From Fistulifera solaris (lineage: Eukaryota), in assembly GCA_030295235.1 (NCBI GenBank), contig AP026133.1, positions 744,001 to 808,000 on the forward strand: 64,000 nt of DNA. The letters are read 5' to 3'. Under the pieces are notes generated by a model, which saw only the letters and a program-made list of their open reading frames with translations, had not been told where the DNA came from and did no database searches. Positions 57,303 through 64,000 of the stretch are shown piece by piece. The position numbers and the translations under genes were made by a program. Numbering within the stretch: position 1 is the stretch's first letter; every line of letters starts with the position of its first letter.

Positions 57303-57925
57303 AGAAGTTAGACAAGCACATGAATGCTAAATTCCCTGCAGTCCTTTTTGTTCGCCGGTCAAACACCAACAAAGGACAGAACATACACTGCAATCGTTTT
57401 GCGTCTGACATTCGTCGACAAGATCGGAAACTGGTCCATTCAAACGCCACTCAATATTTTCTTGGCCGAAAACTGAACATAAATGACAAGTTTTCAGAGC
57501 GGTGCGTCTCTAAATGATCGAAGAAAGGGGAGAGGAAAGAGGATTACTTGGCTATTGCTTGTATTTAATCACTTGGTAGCAACTAAACTCACAATCTCCT
57601 TTGACGACGACAACGCAGAAGAACCTTACAGTTCTAGTTGCACTGTAGATTCTGCCGATCCGCCACTTCCGTTTACAAGAAAAGACAGCATTTAGCTTCA
57701 AAATTTAATTTATCGCGGTGTCGTTTAAGGGCGCCATTGACAGTTGTACAAAAGTGCATCGTCACAACATCATCGCTTCTACAGCTCTATCACGTCTGTC
57801 GATAACAGAAAAATGTGTTTCAGCTAAGGTTATACGTATATATGAACTTTACAACTTCTCTTTCGAAGCCCCACGCGTCAAGCGACTGGAAGCACGAGCT
57901 ACAAGATCTTCCTGACTTTTCTCGC

Positions 57926-60900
57926 TCAAATCGCCGTCCTCGTCATCGATCTGCTTTTCGACTTCCGCAAGAAAGCCCTCATCATCCGACAAGGTATCGC
58001 TACGGAACATTCGTGAACGTAATGGGACATTGTCGGCGTCTTGATGTCGTCCAGGCGAACCTGGTGATTGGCGTACTCCGCTGTGTACTTTTCAACCAGC
58101 TTCTCGACAACTTGGTGACCTTGAGCTTCCCACTCGGCGCGGTTCTTCTGGGCATAGTTCAAGTACTCGTCACTGGATACACCAAAGACACCGCATTCCT
58201 TCAACTTCTTGGCCAACGGGATGATGTAGAAGTCAAAGAAACCGATCTCGCCATTGTACCAGAACTCAGACGGATCCTTTTCAGAACGGCCGTTGCGCCA
58301 CGCATCGTACATTTCGTGAAAAAGGCGTTCATTCCACTTACGGTAGATGTGCCAATGCTGCATAGTATGCGCAATATCGGAAGCTTGAATCAAGTGCTCG
58401 ATGACGATCGTTGCCTTACGATTGTTGTTTTCGCGAGAATCAACCTGATTTTCTTCGGCAAAGGCTTTCTCCCAGCGTGCATTACGAAGCGCCTTGAGCT
58501 CCTTATCCACAATATCTGTTGCCATCACGGAATTGACAACGAGCTCACGGAAGTGGCGCATCTCTTCATCGGTCTCGCAGATCAAGTTGCGGAGGTCTTT
58601 GTAATTCTTGTGCATCAGCAAGTCCCATGCAATGTCAACGGAGTTCTGCTCGGCGACTGACTTTCCATCATAAATCTTGGCGACTTCCGCGCCCTCCTTC
58701 ACCAGTTGAGCATTGGGAACACCAGAATGGTCCGTGTCGTGGATAAGCGCGGCAAAAACACACGCAAACTGGGTCAACGGGTCCGACGTAATGCCATAAG
58801 TGTGATCGTGCAGAGTAGCCGCATGGTCCTGGTTGTTCGCATTTTTCGAATTCACATCAGGGGCGATGATTCGGCTGAGGAGTTTTACAACAGACATGGT
58901 TACGTGAGATGCATGCTCAAAATTGTGGAATGGGTTGTCGCGATAAAAGGTTGCAACCAACATCACATAATCACGAAGTTGCTTTTGTGCCGCTTCTCCG
59001 AGATCGATACTTTGAGGATCTTCCTGATACTGGGCTGCCAAAGGGTCGTATTCCGGGAGTTCGATGATCTCTTTGACTTCGTCAATGACAGTGCCACCAG
59101 ACTTTATTTTGAGTTTAGCAGGTGTACTACTCGACACGGTTCCTCTCAGCTTCTTGATGGCATTGCGATGTGCAACAATCTGGCGGAGAAGTCGAGCGAG
59201 CACGTCCGAGTTCCAGTCCACCAAGCGTCGCAGCTTGTCCTCGTCCATATCAGCTTTACTTTTGGCTTTCTCTTCTTTCTTGGCCGCCTTCTCCTGCTCC
59301 ATTTTCTTGGCTTCTGTCGGACTAATGATTTCTTCGCTTTGGCCATCCGATGCACTTGAACCTGTAGGGGCAATGGATGGAGCCTTGACTTCGAGCCAAT
59401 AGGTTTGCATATCGCCCTTGACCTTTGTCCTGATAACATCTTCTCTTTTCCTGAGCCAGTGCCCCTTCCCAGCAACTTCAAGAAGACTGGCGGTTTCTGT
59501 AGAAAGGTGAATTCGGTTTCTTGAACCAGAACTTTCGATCTTCGAAGCTGTATTGACCGTGTCACCAAATAGCTGGAACCGAGACTTGTCACCACGCAAT
59601 ACACCTGCGGTGACAGGTCCACTATGCAGTCCGATTCGCATGGAAAGATCACCGGTATCAGGTCCAAGTGTCAGCTCAAGTTTCTTGGTCAGATCGTTCA
59701 TCCTGTGAAGACAGTCACGAGCAAAGCGAGCCATGACCACAGCATGGTCTTTGCGAGCCTCGGGGAGACCAGCAACTGCGACGTAACAATCACCAACTGT
59801 CTCGACCTTGAACACCCGTCGGCTGCGCGCAATCTCGTCGAATGCGTGGTACACAGTCTCAAGGAGTGAGAAGACTTGCGTAGGCTCTCGCACACTGGAC
59901 CATGCAGTGAAGCCTGTAATATTGAAATGTCAAAGTGAGTCAATGGTCGGGTATTATGCGGATATTCTGGTCCAAAGTTCAGCCGTGTACCTACCAACAA
60001 TATCTGCAAACTACGAAAGCGATAGATACGTAATAGTTGTTGAAGGGTGAGTCGACTGAAATGTAAATGATGACTTTGCTTTGAAGGTTCAACAATCAAC
60101 GTACCATGACTGTCGCGTCGGGGAAAAGGTCTGCAATGGGCTTGCTATCGAACGCAGAGTTACCGTTTTCGAGGACGTTGTCATCTTGAACAAAGTCCTT
60201 GAGCTGGGCCTTAGCACCAAATCCGAACCCCCTCTTGTGTTGTCTGTCTCCTTCATCTTGCTCTTCGGCGTCTTTCAAGATCCTATCACGGACATTCGCC
60301 GGAAACAATGCCGTGACAATTTTATTAGTGCGGCGAGCAGCTTCCATGACCTTTCGTTGACGGAGAAGCACGAAGTAGTCATACAGAAGAAAGACTAGAG
60401 CCGTGAAAACAAAAACAGACACAACGACGACTGTGTAAACGACGGGTTTGTTTGAGTGATATTCCTCTTCGAAGATCGAAGTTGGGTATATATGAATCAT
60501 GTAGTTGCAGCTTTCTTCAGTATGCTCAGATACTGAATGATCACCGAATTCAACCGCAAAGCCCATGTAATCATAGTCGGGATCATGGTGGTCTCCGTAC
60601 CCAACGAACGTGGCGGCTGGTCCATTGACACTGTAAGTGAAATGCAGACCGCATGTGTTCTCCATCACAATGTCGATGCCATTCACTCCCTCCGGAATCA
60701 TGTCCAACAGGAGCTCATCAAATGGTAATACAGTGATTAGGGTAGCAACAATGTCGTCCGACTTGTAGCTTCCGTTGCTATCAACAAACGATCCGAACAC
60801 CGGGTGAAGGACGTAAGTACGAGGGTGCTCAGTGTCATCTTCAATGCCACCTTCGTAAATGAACGACAAATCAGCGGCTTCAGAAAAAACAGGCTGAACA

Positions 60901-61742
60901 CTGTTCCACATGGTACTGAACAAGCGCTGAAGAACAGGGTGCGACAGAATGTCGTAGTTGACAATTTGAGTGTTATGAGGGGCCGGGCTTTGCTGCCATA
61001 TGGGAGCAAAGTAGTTCACACCACCGAGGTTGGTGCCTTCACTGTTTTGAACAACACTAGTTCCTGAGTCACCTTCGGCGAAACGCCAAAGGAAATCTTC
61101 GATTGAATCGCTTTTCTCTTCAGTGTTGTCGGTGAGCTCGCGCTCCATGGCAACAGCTAGACCCTCGTCAATCCATGCTTCATTCTGCTGAGCGTAAATT
61201 TCCCATCCTTGCCTCTGATCCGCACGAACCAGAGGAGCAAGGGAGACTTGCAAAGACTTCGACAAATCATTGTTATGGTATCCTCGAAGTTCAAAATCTG
61301 GAACGGTTACATCAGGCCACACAGCTGATGAGGTAAGCGCAAAGGTAGTGATAGCCACTGAGAGACTGTTTCCAGCTGCGAGCGCGCTATTTGCTTCTTG
61401 GTTTATAGTATCGACAATTTCGACTGCGTATTCTCCAAACTGGAAAGCGACTATTGTATTAGCGACAGCTTAATGAGATGCTTCTCATAGTCAGAAATAC
61501 TGAAGACCTACCTGGGTCTCAAAGTCGTCTTCCTCTTGGTTTTTTGCAAATATAAACGTGAGGCTTCCAACAAGTACGGCTGCAACAAAGATGACAACCG
61601 CCACAATATATTTAGATCGCGTTACGCGTCGCGTCTCGGACCTTGCAAATGACGACGACTCTGTGCTGGCATGCGAGACGGAAAGCTCACCAGTTTCCAT
61701 GCTTTTGGTATTCAAATCATCATCTTCGTCGTGAAAAGTCAT
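57926..61742 (-). CDS. Receptor-type adenylate/guanylate cyclase-phosphodiesterase fusion; exons 61742-61512, 61439-60105, 60010-59995, 59913-57926
   Basis: TM, CHASE-like extracellular region, TM, cyclase (FADIVGFTAWSS, KVETVGDCYV, RFQLFGDTVNTAS), PDE (FHNFEHASHV, IHDTDH, ATD, ASDIAH). All three GT-AG introns restore the reading frame. Confidence 0.92.
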
Positions 61743-62781
61743 AATTAATGCAAGATGCAAAGCTTTGTTTATTCTTTCCGATGGAAGGGAAAAACAAAAA
61801 TGTGTGAGAAGAAGTTGCCAGACTTTTGTCGGGGATGCAAGACGAGGAGACGATGCATTATTTTCGTGATCTTTATGCCAGCGAAAGAAGACCCAAGGAA
61901 CATGCAAAGAAGCTTACCCAAGGATTGATTGTAGCCAATGACCGATTCGTGTCTGATATTTTAGGTGATGGAAATAAAGGTTGCTATAACGAAACACCGA
62001 AGGGTAACTTAATATAAAGATTTATAGAAAGACACATAGAAATTCTGTTGAAGTACGAAATCGCGAAGGCTGAGAGCCGAGACTACTACTATAAAGTAGA
62101 TTAGAGGAGTTCCAAGTTCCAACTTCCAATTTTCAAGAAAGAAGGGATGAAGAACGAGCACGATCGTATTCTGAGGTCTGAGAGGTCAGAGGTCTGATCT
62201 GAGACTGGACCTGAGAACTGAGAATGCTCACTTCACTCTCAACTTCATATTGGTTGCAACTTGCATCAATGTCTGACGGTTAAATAGAAATAATGAAAAA
62301 TACAACTGACTTAACGACGTTGGATTTGTTGAAAAAATGAGTTCGCATTTTGACCTTCGAATTTTTGCTCATGTTGATCGAGTCGTCTCGAATATGATTT
62401 TTCAATTCCGACTAACGTCTGATAACAAAAAGACCTTTCTCTGTACGTATAGTCTGGATTTTAAGAAGTGGAAGGAAGCATCCCTTTCTCCGGCTGTTGT
62501 TGGCCGTTGGTCCAAATGGCACCTGGAAGAAGACTCATCGCGACAAGAGTCTTCTTTCGTCATCCAATGGGGAATGCAAGGCAGAAATAGAGTGATGGTA
62601 AACTAAAATAAGTTCTCCACCTTCACTAAAATGACAACTATCAGGAATTAAGTTCGAAAAGACAATTTAAGCAGTAAAGCTTCACTAGTTAGTTATCTGT
62701 CGAGCATAATTTAGTAAAGATGAAAAGCTTTGAGCCACTGTGGGACATTCCTAGCAATTAGCCGACAACAAGGATACGGCA

Positions 62782-63660
62782 TCACTGAAACATATATCCG
62801 GATATAGCAAAGTTTCCATCTCCAGCCTGTTGGTCGTATATGATTCGAGGGGATCCTCCAGCGGCTGCCGTAACCAACAATGGCAAAGATGCTCTTCTCG
62901 TGGATGCGCGAAACGAGCCGATGGAGCATTTTTCCAGTCGCGTAACTTTTCCATCGGGTTCGTCATTACCGCGTCCTTCAGCCAGTTGTTGAAATCGTTG
63001 GATTTCTTATACGATGCCTCGTCTGGATTTCGCATCGCATCGAAATTGTGGAACGCAAAACCTGAGCCCAGCAGCAGTACGCCTAACATATGATGACAGG
63101 GTGAGTTTCTTGAGAACTGACGAAATTATTCACTTTTCAAATCATGACGTACCTTGGTCTTGTAGTGGAGCCAATGCATTGCCGAGTGCGAGGTGAATAT
63201 CGGGAGATAACGAGCTGTGCAAAGACACACAAACCACGGGAATATCGGCTTCCGGATACATGAGCATGAGAGGAACAAAAGCGCCATGATCAAACCCACG
63301 CTTCGCATCCAGTTGGCTTTCAATACCCTTTTCCGAAAGAAGATTTTGAATTTGTCGAGCTAGCTCTGGATTTCCGGGTGCTGGGTATTTGAATTGATAC
63401 GTTTCGGGCGGAAACCCATAATAATCAAAATACATGCTCGGCTTGGCAGAGGACGTGATCGCGATTGGGTTGGCTTCGTGGTGTGCGGAAATTACCACGA
63501 TCGCACGCGGCTTTTCGGTAATATATTCTGTAACACTTTGTTGCAAGTGATGGGCGATCATGGGCTGTCGCCCCATCAGAGGCATGGGTCCACCGCCGTG
63601 ATTCACAAATAGGGCAGGCATTCTCATCATTGGTTCATTTAATGAGCAGACTTCTGACAT
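62782..63660 (-). CDS. LigB-type extradiol dioxygenase (DODA/YgiD-like); intron 63083-63152; frameshift near 62880
   Basis: FVNHGGGP, ISAH, FDYYGFP, RGFDHG, GSGFAFHN, HPREEH. Splicing joins DQG-VLLLGSG. Confidence 0.92.
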
Positions 63661-64000
63661 GATACAGCGGTATCGGCAATAACTGAAATAACAAGCAGCT
63701 TTTTCGTTTGATGTTTCGAACGTTTTCGCAGGTTTTTCCGGCCGCACTTCCAATCGCATCCGACGTGTTCTAGCATTCGTTATTCGATGTCATAGTATAA
63801 GTGCCGGTAAGGCATAGAATCCGTTTCGTGAATACGTAGTAGGAACAGTTTACTTCACACGCTAGTGTACAAAATCTCCTCCACAAAAGTTCACACTTGC
63901 TCGACACATTCCTATTGCCGCTGTGAAGGGTAAATAACCGATGATTCACACATCAACCAAATGAATGCTTTCACCAAACGATCTTTTGCAAGTCACTGAA

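Noticed and set aside
57815..59402. Long plus-strand ORFs (281 aa, 217 aa)
   Set aside because: Antisense shadows of the cyclase-PDE gene with no recognisable motifs.
24376..63660. Pseudogene calls or programmed frameshifting in host genes
   Set aside because: Scattered single indels in otherwise conserved genes are better explained by assembly error; no consistent slippery-site pattern was seen.

Overview
Eukaryotic DNA, most likely from a pennate diatom. This is inferred from CoDi-type copia elements, an AQA-FVIAP plastid presequence, a diatom-style cyclase-phosphodiesterase fusion and compact genes with short introns. The first ~22.6 kb is a transposon-rich block. It holds a poly(A)-tailed CRE-like RLE non-LTR retrotransposon with an N-terminal CXC-like Cys cluster, and a complete Ty1/copia element with identical 226-bp LTRs, a CGAAC TSD, a self-complementary non-tRNA PBS and an in-frame TGA between gag and pol. 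It also holds a complete hAT DNA transposon with an 8-bp TSD, a degenerate second copia, CRE 3'-end fragments and two paralogous Ser/Pro-rich genes. The remaining ~41 kb is gene-dense: cysteine synthase-like, eIF3j, DTD1, PP2C, CDK11-like, S10 carboxypeptidase, VPS52, SET methyltransferase, focadhesin-like, GT8, SLC35F-like, SGNH-like, cyclase-PDE and LigB/DODA dioxygenase, plus a modular foldback repeat at 50.4-51.0 kb. Many conserved genes carry single frameshifts, probably assembly indel errors. The most unusual signal not explained by the annotation is a dense set of exact 7-bp tandem duplications of unrelated sequence in intergenic DNA.
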